Assembly (NCBI GenBank): GCA_030636545.1
Contig: DAOVWR010000001.1
Coordinates: 1 to 38,514 of the forward strand
Source: Mycoplasmatota bacterium
GTDB taxonomy: Bacteria > Bacillota_I > Bacilli_A > Izemoplasmatales > Izemoplasmataceae
Length of the DNA stretch: 38,514 nt
Direction: 5' to 3'
In this document: piece by piece, positions 37,869-38,514 of the stretch
How positions within the stretch are numbered: position 1 is the stretch's first letter
Layout: every line of letters starts with the position of its first letter
Notes under the pieces: generated by a model
Databases searched by the model: none
What the model was told of the DNA's origin: nothing
Seen by the model: only the letters and a program-made list of their open reading frames with translations
Translations under genes and position numbers: made by a program

Positions 37869-38514
37869 TTACCCTTTAATTAGCATACTATCACCAAAAC
37901 TAAAAAATCTGTACTTCTCTTCAATAGCTTCGTTGTAGGCATTTATGATATTATTTCTACCTGCAAGAGCACTCACAAGCATTAAGAGTGTTGATTTAGG
38001 TAAATGAAAGTTTGTAATTAGGGCATCCACTGCTTTAAAAGAATAACCTGGGAATATAAATATATCGCTCCAACCACTTGTTTCTCTAAAGTCATCATAA
38101 TCTCTTAGTATAGTTTCAAGTGTTCTGAGTGATGTTGTCCCAACAGCTATAATACGTCTATTTTCTTGTTTTGCCTTATTTAAGGTATTTGCACACTTAT
38201 CTGTCATCTGATAGTATTCTGTATGCATATGATGATCCTCGATTGTCTCCACTTGGACTGGTCTGAATGTACCAAGGCCAACATGGAGAGTTACATAAAC
38301 AATTTTAACCCTTTTTTCAGTAATTCTTTTAAGTAAATTTTTAGTGAAATGAAGTCCAGCAGTTGGTGCAGCGGCACTACCTCTAAACTTGTTATATACG
38401 GTTTGATATCTATCTTGGTCAAGTAATTTTTCATGAATATAAGGTGGTAAAGGCATTTCACCTAACTGGTCAATTATTTCATAAAACACACCGTTATAGA
38501 TCATTTCAAAATCT
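37869..38514 (-). CDS. queA: S-adenosylmethionine:tRNA ribosyltransferase-isomerase, C-terminal ~215 aa (5' end beyond the window)
   Basis: The frame stays open to the window edge (..[14 protein letters not shown]..). [25 protein letters not shown] and [10 protein letters not shown] motifs are present. Confidence 0.9.
   Translation of the reverse strand, partial: DFEMIYNGVFYEIIDQLGEMPLPPYIHEKLLDQDRYQTVYNKFRGSAAAPTAGLHFTKNLLKRITEKRVKIVYVTLHVGLGTFRPVQVETIEDHHMHTEYYQMTDKCANTLNKAKQENRRIIAVGTTSLRTLETILRDYDDFRETSGWSDIFIFPGYSFKAVDALITNFHLPKSTLLMLVSALAGRNNIINAYNEAIEEKYRFFSFGDSMLIKG

Overview
Low-GC chromosomal segment read with the standard genetic code: every conserved gene is full length with no in-frame TGA. 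It is Firmicutes/Mollicutes-like, possibly Acholeplasma- or Erysipelotrichia-like, with no cell-wall genes in the division cluster. That lineage call is inference only. The window is almost entirely core housekeeping, mostly on the minus strand. Contents in order: BMP-lipoprotein/ABC nucleoside importer, RNase J, RecU, glgA-glgC, TPP-riboswitch-controlled thiT, pdp, thyA-folA-plsC, a tail-less SSB, LemA+DUF3137. Then glpK, a lysophospholipase-like hydrolase, an M16 peptidase pair, a deo operon (two YczE-like membrane proteins, deoC, deoD), an orphan lipoprotein, and T-box-controlled ileS. Then a reduced ylm/ftsZ division cluster, tgt, a large BcrAD/BadFG double-ATPase fusion with a Cys-rich partner, preQ1-riboswitch-controlled yhhQ, a TIGR02206-like membrane protein, tryptophanase, DUF805 and the 3' part of queA. 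I found no rRNA, tRNA, CRISPR array, transposase or integrase. Three classical cis-regulatory RNAs are recognisable by conserved sequence: TPP, T-box and preQ1-I. The best candidate for an undescribed system is the orphan ATP-driven Fe-S 'activase-related' pair at 30044-34239. It lies inside a split queuosine locus (queA ... yhhQ ... pair-tgt), and its promoter shares its -35 box with the preQ1-regulated yhhQ promoter. I propose, as inference only, that it could supply the missing reductive step of queuosine maturation, or another low-potential reduction. Secondary leads: an unclassified SD-sequestering leader with a duplicated CCUAAAAU box upstream of the deo operon; a minimal division cluster with a core-only SepF and an unannotated 52-aa membrane ORF; and a decayed ORF pair in the BMP/ABC spacer.
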